Assembly: GCA_964630155.1 (NCBI GenBank)
Contig: CAZVUT010000001.1
Location: 34,515-98,514, forward strand
Direction of reading: 5' to 3'
Source: an uncultured Synergistaceae bacterium
Lineage (GTDB): Bacteria > Synergistota > Synergistia > Synergistales > Aminobacteriaceae
Length of the DNA: 64,000 bases
Positions within the stretch are counted from its first letter, which is position 1; each line of letters starts with the position of its first letter. Shown here one piece after another: positions 19,109 through 29,622 of the stretch. Both the position numbers and the translations under genes were made by a program. The notes under the pieces were generated by a model that was not told the origin of the DNA, did not search any database, and was given only the letters and a program-made list of their open reading frames with translations.

Positions 19109-20764
19109 ATGAAAATAACAAAAAACATATCATGGTTTTTAATTTTAATTATGTTTGCAATTTTTGGATGGCGTTTAGTAAACGTACATTGCTCTCCTGA
19201 TCCTCGTGTAGTTCGTCAATCACAAAGACAATATTGGCTTCAAATACCATTTTCTGCAAATCGTGGAAGTATTTCCGATACATTAGGTAAACCCCTTTCT
19301 ATTTCAATTCCTTCATATAGTTTCTTCATAGATCCCTTATTTTGGGACCCCAAATACTCTAATATATTAACAGGTATTCTAAATAATGATAGTATAAAAA
19401 AAATAAGCAAAAAAATGGAAGGGCGATTTGTTTGGCTTATTCGTCGTGCGGATGAAATGATAGCTAATGCGATAAGAGAAAAAAACATTGAAGGCATTTA
19501 CGAATGTAAGGAAAACTTAAGAATATATCCAAATAATAACATGTTATCTCACGTGCTTGGTTATTGTGATATGGAAGGAAATGGTTTATCTGGAATCGAA
19601 TTAGTTTGGAATAAAATATTATATATGCCATCTGGTATTAAAATTTTAGCTAGAGCGTCTACGGGTGGAAATTATGAAATCGTAAATAATACTAATAGCA
19701 CTTCAAATAGTGAGCTGCGTCTAACTGTAGATTCGCGAATGCAATATTTCGTCGAGCAGCACCTTGATGAAGGTGTGCGGAACAATGGTGCAAAGTGGGG
19801 CGCGGTTGTCTGTGTTGAAGTGGATTCAGGCGCCGTTCGCGCCATAGCAAGTTGGCCGACGTTTAACCCAAATCAGCGAGATGATATTGCGAATCGAAGA
19901 CTACAAACCAATAATCCCCTTAGTAGAACATATGAACCCGGCTCAACATTGAAACCGGTCATTTGCGCCATTGCTCTTGAAAGAGGTGCTGTCCGTCAAG
20001 ATAGTTCGTTCTATTGCCCGCAACGTATTCGTATTGCGGATGGATTTATATCCGATCATTCTGGAAATGGCACACTGAATCTTAAAGGAATTATCGTAAA
20101 GTCATCCAATGTTGGTATGGCTCAGATCGGCATGAAAGTAAAACCTTTTGACATGTATAATAGCCTCCGGGAATGGGGGTTTGGTTTAGATCCAAATGTT
20201 GAAATCAATGGCGTCGAAGAGGGGTTGATCGCGTCCCCGGAATTATGGCGCGGCGTTATCCCTTCAAACATCGCTATCGGACAAGGTCTTGCAGTAACTC
20301 CACTCCAGCTTGTTTCTTCAATAGCCGCAATTGCAAATAAGGGAGTCCTTTTGCGTCCTTACCTCGTCAAAGAAGCGATTGATGCCTCGGGACGCGTTGT
20401 TTATAAAGGCGGCAAGAACATAGTCCGATCTGTGGTATCCCCGATTACGGCTTCCTGGGTCAAGGATGCTATGAGAGAAGTTGTTACGGATGGAACAGGT
20501 AAGAGCGCGGATTCAAAGATGGTGGAAATCGCCGGAAAGACTGGGACAGCGGAAGTCGCAGGAAAGGGCTCGTATGTTGAAGGAAAGTGGGTTAGCTCTT
20601 TCGTGGGCTTTTGGCCGTTTAATTCTCCAAAATTTGCGATGATCGTTGTCATTGGCGAACCGACGAAAGGGAAATATTACGGATCTGAAGTCGCAGCGCC
20701 AGTATTTAAGAAAATTGTGGAAGAAGTCATCAAAATAGATATAATTAAGGAGAAGTATTTATAA
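19109..20764 (+). CDS. ftsI: Peptidoglycan D,D-transpeptidase FtsI (class B PBP)
   Basis: It has an N-terminal TM anchor and a PBP dimerisation domain. The transpeptidase motifs are STLKP (SxxK), SSN and KTGT. The RBS GGAGGG lies 8 nt upstream. Confidence 0.9.
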   Translation: MKITKNISWFLILIMFAIFGWRLVNVHCSPDPRVVRQSQRQYWLQIPFSANRGSISDTLGKPLSISIPSYSFFIDPLFWDPKYSNILTGILNNDSIKKISKKMEGRFVWLIRRADEMIANAIREKNIEGIYECKENLRIYPNNNMLSHVLGYCDMEGNGLSGIELVWNKILYMPSGIKILARASTGGNYEIVNNTNSTSNSELRLTVDSRMQYFVEQHLDEGVRNNGAKWGAVVCVEVDSGAVRAIASWPTFNPNQRDDIANRRLQTNNPLSRTYEPGSTLKPVICAIALERGAVRQDSSFYCPQRIRIADGFISDHSGNGTLNLKGIIVKSSNVGMAQIGMKVKPFDMYNSLREWGFGLDPNVEINGVEEGLIASPELWRGVIPSNIAIGQGLAVTPLQLVSSIAAIANKGVLLRPYLVKEAIDASGRVVYKGGKNIVRSVVSPITASWVKDAMREVVTDGTGKSADSKMVEIAGKTGTAEVAGKGSYVEGKWVSSFVGFWPFNSPKFAMIVVIGEPTKGKYYGSEVAAPVFKKIVEEVIKIDIIKEKYL

Positions 20765-22263
20765 TGCTTTTATCTAATTTATTTGCCGCTTTAACTGATA
20801 TTTACAAAGAGCTAACATTGCATTTAGGCAATAACTTTGATAATGATCCAAATATATTAGATGTATATACGGATAGCAGAGAAATCGTTAGTGGATCTGT
20901 GTTCGTATGTATATCAGGAAAACATAGCGATGGTCATGATTATATTAATGAAGCTGTAGCTAATGGAGCTGTGGCGTTAGTAACGGAACGAAATGTAAAC
21001 GTAGATGTTCCTTACATATTGGTAGAAAATACCCGCAACATATTAGGGAGCATATCGAGTATAGTGTATGGAAATCCTTCTTCACGTTTATTAATGTGCG
21101 GTATTACCGGTACGAATGGTAAGAGTACAACAGCATATATACTCAGGCATATTCTTGAAACAGAAGGTTTGAAAACTGGCATTCTTGGTACTATTACGTA
21201 TAATGACGGGATGTTTGCTGAAGACGCAAGCCGAACGACGCCTGAAAGTTGTTTCATTCAACGATATCTGTCTCGAATGCTGCTTAATGGATGTCGTGCT
21301 TGTGTTATGGAAGTTTCTTCGCACGGATTGTCTTTGGGGCGTCTGAACGGATGTCTTTTCGATGCCGCTATCTTCACGAATCTCAGCGAAGAGCACTTGG
21401 ATTTTCATGAGGACATCCAAAGATATTTTCAAGTAAAACAGTCCTTATTCCAATCGTACATGAAAACTTCTTGGGTGGGCGTAGCAAATGGCGACGATTT
21501 CTATGGCAAATGTTTACATGATAAATATCTTAAAAATATTTCTTTATTTGGAATGACAAATATAGAGAATAAATATATTGCTTCTTGTGTATCATACAAC
21601 GTCAACACCACAAGTTTTATGTTGGAAAATTTAGATAAAAAATACAAAGTTTTTATTCCGTATTTAGGTAAATATAATGTTTATAACGCTTTATCAGCTA
21701 TTTCTCTTGCGAATAATTTAGGAATAGACATTGAATCGTCTTTGTCTTGCTTAAAAAATGCGCCTAAAGTGCCTGGTCGTTTTGAGTCGTATTATCTCAA
21801 CAACGGAGTTCGAGTCGTTATCGATTTTGCACATACTCCATTCGCTCTTAAAAATATTCTGGCGTCAATTCGGGAGCTAGCGGAAGGTAGAATTATTTCC
21901 GTCTTTGGACACGGTGGAGATCGCTTCGTAGAAAATCGTCCGCAATTGGGGAAAATAGCTGCAACGTTTGCAGATAAGGTTATTATCACAAGTGACAATC
22001 CGCGTAGCGAAGATCCTGCTTCAATAGCGAGCCAGATTTATGAAGGGAGTATTTATACCAAACGTACTCCAAATGTCTCGATAATTCTTGATAGAAAAGA
22101 AGCAGTTTACAATGCTTTGAATAATGCCAGAGATGGCGATATTGTTTTAATTTCTGGTAAAGGGCCAGAGCGCGAAATAATCTATGAAAATCATAGAGTT
22201 CCATATAACGATCTCGATGCGGTAATCTCATGGTCGCAGAGCACGGGGGTAAAGATACTATGA
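20764..22263 (+). CDS. murE: UDP-N-acetylmuramoyl-L-alanyl-D-glutamate--2,6-diaminopimelate (or L-lysine) ligase MurE
   Basis: It has the Mur ligase P-loop GITGTNGKSTT, the DFAHTP region, and DNPRSEDP, which is typical of MurE. Confidence 0.9.
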   Translation: MLLSNLFAALTDIYKELTLHLGNNFDNDPNILDVYTDSREIVSGSVFVCISGKHSDGHDYINEAVANGAVALVTERNVNVDVPYILVENTRNILGSISSIVYGNPSSRLLMCGITGTNGKSTTAYILRHILETEGLKTGILGTITYNDGMFAEDASRTTPESCFIQRYLSRMLLNGCRACVMEVSSHGLSLGRLNGCLFDAAIFTNLSEEHLDFHEDIQRYFQVKQSLFQSYMKTSWVGVANGDDFYGKCLHDKYLKNISLFGMTNIENKYIASCVSYNVNTTSFMLENLDKKYKVFIPYLGKYNVYNALSAISLANNLGIDIESSLSCLKNAPKVPGRFESYYLNNGVRVVIDFAHTPFALKNILASIRELAEGRIISVFGHGGDRFVENRPQLGKIAATFADKVIITSDNPRSEDPASIASQIYEGSIYTKRTPNVSIILDRKEAVYNALNNARDGDIVLISGKGPEREIIYENHRVPYNDLDAVISWSQSTGVKIL

Positions 22264-23657
22264 AGAAATCTTGGACGATATCTGAGTTTGCATCTTTGAC
22301 TGGAGGCGTTGTTTTCGGTCGTGACGATGCAATGCCGACTCGAATTGTATCCGATAGCAGAGATGTCCTCCCCGGAGATGCTTTTATCGCTCTTCCCGGA
22401 GCTCTGCAAGATGGACATTATTTTTTAGAAGATGCAGTCAAAAGAGGGGCAAAAGTTCTTATAGGTTCGAACGAAAGCTTATTAAAACATAATTTATCGA
22501 ATAATACCGGTGTACTTGTCAAAGACACTGAGGCAAATATTTTGTTAGCAGCACAAAAATATATGAAACTAGTGAACCCAATAGTTATTTCTGTAACTGG
22601 GAGTGTTGGGAAAACAACTACAAGGGAATGTATTCATAATGTATTATCTACAAATTTTAAAACGCACCGTCCTTTTAGAAGTTATAATACTAATATAGGA
22701 TGCGCGCTTACAATATTATCAATGCCATCGGATACGAATGTATTAATATTGGAAATGGGTGCCAACCACGAAAACGAAATAGCATCGATGGTTTCATTGT
22801 TCCCTCCTGACGTAGCTATAATTACTGAAGCTGCAGCCGCTCATCTTGAAGGTTTTAAAAATGCAGAAGCGATTGTCTCTTCAAAGTGTGAAATATATAA
22901 GAACGATAAAACTAAAATTTTATTCTATAATTCAGATAGATATAATTTGCACAGTAGAATTATAAATGATTCAAAAAACGTAATTGCATACGGAGTTGGA
23001 ATGCATAATTCATGCTATAGAATAGTCGAGACAGAGTTTTTTATACAAAATAATAAACCATGCTTATCATTTACCTTACAAACTAAAAAAGATAAATATA
23101 TAGTAAAATCTAGTTTTTTAGGAGTGCATAATGTATATCCTATTTCTTTTGCCATAATATTAGGTGAATATTTTAATTTGAGTAAGGAGAACATACTAAA
23201 GGCTATATCGGAAACACAGCCACTTGATGGTAGAGGTGTATATATACCGCTAAAATATGGAGTTACATTAATTGACGATGCTTATAATGCTAATCCAGTA
23301 TCTATGAAAGCGGCGCTTGATACTTTAAATTCTATAGAGTCTAAAGGAAAAAAAATAGCTATTTTAGGTGAAATGAAAGAACTTGGATCGTATTCTGCAT
23401 TATACCACACGGAAATATTAGACGCAGCTAAGTTTTGTGATTTTATTATATTATATGGAGATATATGGCAAAAAGAGCCAATAGATTTAAAAGACTCAGA
23501 ATTATATAATAAGATAATTATTAGCAAAAGTTTAGAAGATTGTTATTATAAAATAGTAGAATATATAAAAAATGAAAATATTATATTAATAAAAGGGTCT
23601 CATGGGAATCGCCTAGATATTATAGTATCCAAAATAATTAAAGAGTTTATGAAATGA
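22260..23657 (+). CDS. murF: UDP-N-acetylmuramoyl-tripeptide--D-alanyl-D-alanine ligase MurF
   Basis: TGSVGKTTT, LEMGANH, and IDDAYNANPVSM followed by ILGEMKELG are present. ATG 22260 overlaps the murE stop as ATGA. Confidence 0.9.
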   Translation: MKKSWTISEFASLTGGVVFGRDDAMPTRIVSDSRDVLPGDAFIALPGALQDGHYFLEDAVKRGAKVLIGSNESLLKHNLSNNTGVLVKDTEANILLAAQKYMKLVNPIVISVTGSVGKTTTRECIHNVLSTNFKTHRPFRSYNTNIGCALTILSMPSDTNVLILEMGANHENEIASMVSLFPPDVAIITEAAAAHLEGFKNAEAIVSSKCEIYKNDKTKILFYNSDRYNLHSRIINDSKNVIAYGVGMHNSCYRIVETEFFIQNNKPCLSFTLQTKKDKYIVKSSFLGVHNVYPISFAIILGEYFNLSKENILKAISETQPLDGRGVYIPLKYGVTLIDDAYNANPVSMKAALDTLNSIESKGKKIAILGEMKELGSYSALYHTEILDAAKFCDFIILYGDIWQKEPIDLKDSELYNKIIISKSLEDCYYKIVEYIKNENIILIKGSHGNRLDIIVSKIIKEFMK

Positions 23658-24610
23658 ATGATATTGTTATCGGGTTAATCATATTTGTTATAACTATTAT
23701 TTCGACTAACTACTTTATTATTTTTCTTAATACTAAAAAGATGACCCTTGTGCAAAAGCAATATGGACCAAAAAATCATATATACTCTAAAAGTACTACG
23801 CCGTCTATGGGTGGAGTTGTATTCGTTGTTGTTTCTCTTTTATCTATTCCGATAATTGCCGGCTCTTCATTTGAAGTTTGGACCGAACTTGCAGGACTCT
23901 GGAGTTTGCCGATCGGCGCCGCATTTATCGGCTTTATTGACGACTGGGTGAAGTTTCGGTATCGTTCGAGTGAAGGATTTCGAAGTATTTATAAATTTCT
24001 TGCTCAGATTGTTCTTGTTCTGCCATGGTCTTTATGGGTTGCGTGTTCGAGAGGAATTAGTTTTTGGCCGGGGATTGAGCTTCCTATAATTATCACTGTT
24101 CCGTTACTTGTATTGCTTACAGTAGGTATTTTGAATGCCGTGAACGTAACTGATGGACTCGATGGCCTTGCCGCAGGACTGTGTTCAATTTCGATTGTAG
24201 CAATGCTTTTTTGGCTAACAATGGACAACGAAATTTATCTAGCGTCATTAACAGGTTTATGTATTTGCCTAGGATTTTTGTGGTTTAATGTAAATCCTGC
24301 ATCAATATTTATGGGTGACATAGGGTCGCATTTTTTGGGCGGTATGTTGGTTAGTTTTTGTGTGTACAGTGATTGTTTAATAGCTATAATTCCTATAGGT
24401 TTTATATATGGAATCGAAATAATTTCAGTGGCCATTCAGCTTGTCTCAATACATATGTTTTCAAGAAAGGTATTTCTAATGAGTCCTATACACCATCATT
24501 TTGAATTAATGGGATGGAAAGAGAATCATATCGTGGTTAGATTCATTATTATTCACATATTAGGAATATATGTTATGTTTTCATTATTAAAATGGATATT
24601 TGTTTATTGA
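23654..24610 (+). CDS. mraY: Phospho-N-acetylmuramoyl-pentapeptide transferase MraY
   Basis: A polytopic membrane protein with TPSMGG, NAVNVTDGLDGLA and PIHHHFEL. The start overlaps the murF stop. Confidence 0.95.
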   Translation: MNDIVIGLIIFVITIISTNYFIIFLNTKKMTLVQKQYGPKNHIYSKSTTPSMGGVVFVVVSLLSIPIIAGSSFEVWTELAGLWSLPIGAAFIGFIDDWVKFRYRSSEGFRSIYKFLAQIVLVLPWSLWVACSRGISFWPGIELPIIITVPLLVLLTVGILNAVNVTDGLDGLAAGLCSISIVAMLFWLTMDNEIYLASLTGLCICLGFLWFNVNPASIFMGDIGSHFLGGMLVSFCVYSDCLIAIIPIGFIYGIEIISVAIQLVSIHMFSRKVFLMSPIHHHFELMGWKENHIVVRFIIIHILGIYVMFSLLKWIFVY

Positions 24611-24631
24611 TCCAAACAGATAGGAATGATT

Positions 24632-25990
24632 ATGTTGAAAACATTAAAACAAGGCGATGTGGTTACAATAATAGGGGCAGGTATAAGTGGAATAGGTTTG
24701 ACGAAACTGGCAAAAAAGCTTGGAATGCGAGTTTTTGTTAGCGAAAATAAAAAGGAAATCACTTATCAGCAACATGAAGAACTTAATGAACTAGGCGTAG
24801 AATATGAATTAGGTGGACATACCGAAAGAGCTTTTGATTGTGATGCGATATTATTGAGCTCTGGAATTTCTCCTACTTCTACAGCTGTTCTTTCTGCTTT
24901 AAAGAAAAATGTTCCTTGTATTGGTGAAATAGATTTCATTTCAACGTACCTTTCTTCAAAGCTTATTGGCATTACTGGAAGCAACGGGAAAACGACAACG
25001 ACAAGCCTGGTCGCGCATATTATGAATTGTATGGGTGTTTCTTGTGCAGCCTCAGGCAACATAGGGAAATCTCTTGCGGATTATGTCGGAACGTCGTACG
25101 AATTCCTAGCTGTTGAACTGAGCAGTTTTCAACTTCACTGGGCGAATCGTATACAATGCGATGTGGCTGTTATTACGAATATAGCACCGGACCATATAGA
25201 CTGGCACGGTAGTTTTGATGAATATGTCGCGTCCAAGAGACGTTTGTTATCATTGCAGAGAGCTGAAGGCTGGAGCATTCTACAAGAAAGAGACCGTTCC
25301 ATATTGGGGAAGGATTTGAGAACAAAAACTATCTGTCTTTCATGGGGTTCTGATGATACTCCGTGGCGCATTAGCATGGACGAATGTTTCGCGCATCTCA
25401 ATACTCCCGAACGACGAATTCCCCTGTTTTCTTACGAGAATCTGCCTCTTGTAGGGAAGCATAACATGGAAAATATCGCCATGGCGTGTGCTGCAGTTTG
25501 GTGCCTTACGAATCGAGTTCCGGATTCGAGGACGTTGTCCGAGTTCACACCACTTCATCATAGATGCGAGATCATCGATGAAATCGACGGCGTTCTTTAC
25601 ATAGATGATTCTAAAGGAACGAACGTAGCGGCTTCGTCAACTGCGATGGAGTCTATTAAGGGACGCAAAATAGTTATTCTTGGAGGACAAGGAAAGGGGG
25701 AGGATTACACCCCTTTGGCGAAAACCGCGGCGCGTGAAGCAGAATGGGCGGTCTTACTTGGCGCCGAAGCGGATAAGATTGAAATGGCTCTGCGTAAAGA
25801 GTCGTTTACGAATATTTACAGAGCTGCTGATATGACCGAGGCTGTTCGTTTTGCGAAGAGTACAGCTTCTGCCGGAATGGTTGTGTTGCTGTCACCGGCA
25901 TGTACAAGTTGGGATATGTACCCCAACTATAAGGCCCGAGGGGAACACTTCAAACAAGCCGTGTTGGACGTTAAGAATAAAAATGTCTGA
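24632..25990 (+). CDS. murD: UDP-N-acetylmuramoylalanine--D-glutamate ligase MurD
   Basis: It has the N-terminal Rossmann motif IIGAGISG, the P-loop GITGSNGKTTT and DDSKGTN. ATG 24632 lies 6 nt after AGGA. ATG 24626 is an alternative start. Confidence 0.9.
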   Translation: MLKTLKQGDVVTIIGAGISGIGLTKLAKKLGMRVFVSENKKEITYQQHEELNELGVEYELGGHTERAFDCDAILLSSGISPTSTAVLSALKKNVPCIGEIDFISTYLSSKLIGITGSNGKTTTTSLVAHIMNCMGVSCAASGNIGKSLADYVGTSYEFLAVELSSFQLHWANRIQCDVAVITNIAPDHIDWHGSFDEYVASKRRLLSLQRAEGWSILQERDRSILGKDLRTKTICLSWGSDDTPWRISMDECFAHLNTPERRIPLFSYENLPLVGKHNMENIAMACAAVWCLTNRVPDSRTLSEFTPLHHRCEIIDEIDGVLYIDDSKGTNVAASSTAMESIKGRKIVILGGQGKGEDYTPLAKTAAREAEWAVLLGAEADKIEMALRKESFTNIYRAADMTEAVRFAKSTASAGMVVLLSPACTSWDMYPNYKARGEHFKQAVLDVKNKNV

Positions 25991-27134
25991 AAAAGAAAAT
26001 TCAAATCTAAAAGTTGAATATATCAATAATACTGTCAGTAATACAAGAGATCCATTGATTTGGGTGTTGCCATTATTATTAAGTGGAATAGGAATAATAA
26101 TGATTGTGTCTATTACTTCACCTTGGACTATGGAAAATACTGGCTCGGCGTTTTCCCGCGGGATAAGGCAGCTTCAAGGTCTTGGTCTTGGTTTGATTTC
26201 TATGGTGATTTTTTCCATAATACCGACTAATTTTTTGAAGAAATCAGCTGGAATCTTTTGGGTCATTGCAGTTGGTGCAGCATTTTTAACTCTTTTCCCC
26301 GGAGTAGGTGTAAAAGTGGGCGGGGCGCGCAGGTGGATCGATCTTGGTTTCATTCGTTTCCAACCTCTCGAAATTTTAACTCTGGCGGTTGTCATAGAGT
26401 TAGCCAAGAGTCTTGCCGGCTCTGAAAAACAGGGGCTGAGTGCTTTTTTTTGTATTACCGCCGTTATTCTTTGTGTGTCCGTGCTTCCTTTGATTTTGCA
26501 ACCGAATATGGGGGGAACTATTCTAATATTTGGCTTATGTATGGCTATTCATGTTGAACTCAAAGGATGGAGAATACCGCTTCTTTTAGGGTCTACGTTC
26601 TTTCCGCTATTTCTTTGGTTCATCCTCCAGGGAGGATATAGACTTAGAAGATATATTGCATTTATTGATCCATGGAAAGACCCTCTGTCTAGCGGATTTC
26701 AAGTTATTCAAGGGCTGGTTGCATTCGCCAATGGGGGTATTTCGGGAGTTGGAATCGGAAATGGTCTGCAAAAGATGAATTTTCTTCCGGCAGCACATAC
26801 GGACTATATCCTTGCAACCCTGGGGGAGGAGTTTGGACTCATAGGGACGATGACGGTTCTGTGTCTCTTTATCCTCTGGACGAGCAGAATCTATATGCTG
26901 TATGCAAAAGCCACTGAACCTTTTCAGGCCGCTTTGATTTGGGGAATCGCGTTATCCGATCTGTTCCCGTTCTTTATCAATGTTGGCGGAGTCTTGAAAA
27001 TGATCCCTTTGACCGGAATTCCCTTGCCATTCATGAGCTTTGGCAGTAGTGCGATGATCGTAATGTGGATGAAAATCGGAATATTGTTAAGAATTTATAG
27101 GGAAATTCGTTTTTCAGGAGCTATGCAGGCATGA
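25983..27134 (+). CDS. ftsW: Peptidoglycan glycosyltransferase FtsW (SEDS family)
   Basis: A multi-TM SEDS protein with RWIDLGFIRFQPLE and LPAAHTDYILA. ATG 25983 overlaps the murD end. The ORF-track N-terminal extension from 25851 lies inside murD. Confidence 0.85.
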   Translation: MSEKENSNLKVEYINNTVSNTRDPLIWVLPLLLSGIGIIMIVSITSPWTMENTGSAFSRGIRQLQGLGLGLISMVIFSIIPTNFLKKSAGIFWVIAVGAAFLTLFPGVGVKVGGARRWIDLGFIRFQPLEILTLAVVIELAKSLAGSEKQGLSAFFCITAVILCVSVLPLILQPNMGGTILIFGLCMAIHVELKGWRIPLLLGSTFFPLFLWFILQGGYRLRRYIAFIDPWKDPLSSGFQVIQGLVAFANGGISGVGIGNGLQKMNFLPAAHTDYILATLGEEFGLIGTMTVLCLFILWTSRIYMLYAKATEPFQAALIWGIALSDLFPFFINVGGVLKMIPLTGIPLPFMSFGSSAMIVMWMKIGILLRIYREIRFSGAMQA

Positions 27135-28210
27135 TTCGGAGAATATGTGTCGTCGCCGGAGGAACGGGAGGGCATATTGTTCCGGCGATCGCTTTCGCTC
27201 AGTGGATGAAGGTTTTGCATCGCGACGTGGAAATGGTTTTTATACATGGCTCTCGTGAGATGGAAAAGGAAATTTACGAAGCCCATGGAATTGATTCGGT
27301 GCGATTTCCGGTTTCTGGATCTCCTTTAGGCGTAGGTTTTGGAATGAAACAGATCGCAAGGTGGTCTCAAATTTTACAAAGCACCTTTTTAGCTTGGAAT
27401 TTTTTGAAGAACACATCGCCTGACATAGTTCTTCTCTTTGGAGGATATGTTTCTGTGCCGTTTCTTTTGGCCGCAAAGTTTCGATCTGTTTTGACTTTTG
27501 TGCATGAGCAAAATGCGGCACGTGGGAAAGTCTCGCGATTAGCATCACATTTGAGAGTACCTGTTCTTGATGGGTGGCCACAAATCGACATGGTTAAAAA
27601 AAGTGCGAGGAATTTTCTTGTCGGGGTGCCTGTTCGCAAAATGTCGCTCTTATCACGATGTGAGGCTCTTGAAAAATTGAAGGTTCGAGGCGTCCCCGTT
27701 GATTCTCCTATTGTGGGAGTTTTGGGTGGTTCACTAGGAAGCCAAGAGTTGGTAAAATATATCAGTTGTGTTTCAAAAGAGGCATTTTTTTCTTCTTGGC
27801 ATTTTCTTATTCAAGGCGACGAATCAAGAGATTTATCTCCGAATTTTCATATATGCGCACGATCTTGGGACATGGCTCCGTTTTATTCCGCATTGGATAT
27901 TGCATTATCTCGAGCGGGTGGTTCCACGCTTGCCGAGTTGCTTGAATATGGAATTGAGACGGTAGTAGTTCCATGGAAAGAATCGAGCGACGGACATCAA
28001 ATCACGAATGCCAGGGTTTTTTCTTCGTTAGGCGGCGGGGCAGTTTCGACAACTGTCAACGGTGATTTGGAAACGCATTTAAGAGAAGCTTTCGCAAAAA
28101 AAACGAACCGGAATAATGATCGCGTGTCCCAGAAGAATCTTTTCGAGCCGTGCGAGAAAATCTGGGGTGTCATTGATTCAACACATGCTGAAGGGAGAGT
28201 CTACCCTTGA
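27131..28210 (+). CDS. murG: UDP-N-acetylglucosamine--lipid I N-acetylglucosamine transferase MurG
   Basis: GGTGGHIVPAIA lies at the N-terminus and SRAGGSTLAELL in the C-terminal half. The start overlaps the ftsW stop as ATGA. Confidence 0.9.
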   Translation: MIRRICVVAGGTGGHIVPAIAFAQWMKVLHRDVEMVFIHGSREMEKEIYEAHGIDSVRFPVSGSPLGVGFGMKQIARWSQILQSTFLAWNFLKNTSPDIVLLFGGYVSVPFLLAAKFRSVLTFVHEQNAARGKVSRLASHLRVPVLDGWPQIDMVKKSARNFLVGVPVRKMSLLSRCEALEKLKVRGVPVDSPIVGVLGGSLGSQELVKYISCVSKEAFFSSWHFLIQGDESRDLSPNFHICARSWDMAPFYSALDIALSRAGGSTLAELLEYGIETVVVPWKESSDGHQITNARVFSSLGGGAVSTTVNGDLETHLREAFAKKTNRNNDRVSQKNLFEPCEKIWGVIDSTHAEGRVYP

Positions 28211-29622
28211 AAGGACTTCATAGCAGCTTCGACGGCATACGATCAATTCATCTTCTAGGTATCGGCGGCGCCGGAATGAGTGGCTTGGCGATTCTTTTAA
28301 AGGAATTGGGGTTTCAAGTTAGCGGTTGTGATATGAATCACACTTCTTATGTTGACAAGATTCTTAAGGAAGGAATCGCTTTTGAACTTGGTCACGGGAA
28401 GGATCATATCGCCCGCTTCAATCCCGATCTTATCGTATACAGCAGTGCCATTCCGCATGAAAATTCGGAACTGGAAGCGGCAAAAGCATTACATGTGCCG
28501 ACGGCGAAGCGGGGAGAAGTTTTGAGCTGGATTTTCGATATGAAAACGGGGATCGGCATAGCGGGGACTCACGGAAAGACGACCACTTCGTCCATGATAG
28601 GTATGATTTTTGAGCACGCCGGCTTAAATCCTACGTTGGCCATTGGTGGAGAAGTTTGTGATATTGGAGTTAATGCAAAACTCGGTTACGGGGAGTTTAT
28701 GATCGCCGAACTTGATGAGAGCGACGGTTCATTTGAAATGTTCCATCCAAGTATTTCTGTTGTTACAAACGCAGATTGGGATCATGTGAATCAATATCCA
28801 TCTTTCGAGAGCGTCCTTGAAGCTTTCGCAAGGTATCTCGGAAACGTAAAGAAGGGCGGTTGCGCAATCCTTTGCGGCGAAGACAAAGGTTTATCCCGGC
28901 TGATTGAGCTCGGACAAACCGGTTGTTCTTTTGTAACGTACGGGTGGGGAAGCGAATGGGATTGGGGCGCAAGCGACGTCGTCCATTTACAGGGAGGCGG
29001 AGTCCATTTTACCGTTACTCATAGCGGGCAAGGCAAGGAAACCTTGGAACTATCTGTTTCTGGCGATCATAATATAATGAATGCGCTGGCGGCACGAATT
29101 GTCGCGTATAACATTGGAATTCCTTTTGATGTAGTAAAGTCTACTCTAAAAGAGTTTAAAGGAGCAAAAAGGAGACTACAGTTAACCGGCGTATTTAATG
29201 ACATTCTTGTGTATGACGATTATGGGCATCACCCTCGGGAAATTACGGCGACGTTGAATGCTCTCAAACAAATGTTCCCTCAAAGAAAAATCGTCACGGT
29301 GTTTCAACCTCATCGGTTTACCAGGACGGCAGCTTTATACAAAGAATTTGCAGAGTCTTTGTCTCTTTGTGACGAAATCCTTTTGTTGCCGATATACCCT
29401 GCAGATGAAGAACCGCTTCACGGGATTACGTCCCAGCTGATAGCCGACGCTCGTCCTTTCGCTTCAGCCAAATGGACAATGTGTGATTCAATGGAAAATG
29501 CCGTTGACTGTCTTCATCGGATCTCCGAACCTGGAAGCGTCATTCTTACTATTGGTGCAGGAGATGTTGTGACGATCGGAGAAAAGTTCTTGGAGGATTC
29601 TCTTTGTCTTCTGCCTCAATAA
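28207..29622 (+). CDS. murC: UDP-N-acetylmuramate--L-alanine ligase MurC
   Basis: HLLGIGGAGMSGLA, GTHGKTTTSSM and DDYGHHP are present. A TTG start overlaps the murG stop. Confidence 0.9.
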   Translation: MKGLHSSFDGIRSIHLLGIGGAGMSGLAILLKELGFQVSGCDMNHTSYVDKILKEGIAFELGHGKDHIARFNPDLIVYSSAIPHENSELEAAKALHVPTAKRGEVLSWIFDMKTGIGIAGTHGKTTTSSMIGMIFEHAGLNPTLAIGGEVCDIGVNAKLGYGEFMIAELDESDGSFEMFHPSISVVTNADWDHVNQYPSFESVLEAFARYLGNVKKGGCAILCGEDKGLSRLIELGQTGCSFVTYGWGSEWDWGASDVVHLQGGGVHFTVTHSGQGKETLELSVSGDHNIMNALAARIVAYNIGIPFDVVKSTLKEFKGAKRRLQLTGVFNDILVYDDYGHHPREITATLNALKQMFPQRKIVTVFQPHRFTRTAALYKEFAESLSLCDEILLLPIYPADEEPLHGITSQLIADARPFASAKWTMCDSMENAVDCLHRISEPGSVILTIGAGDVVTIGEKFLEDSLCLLPQ

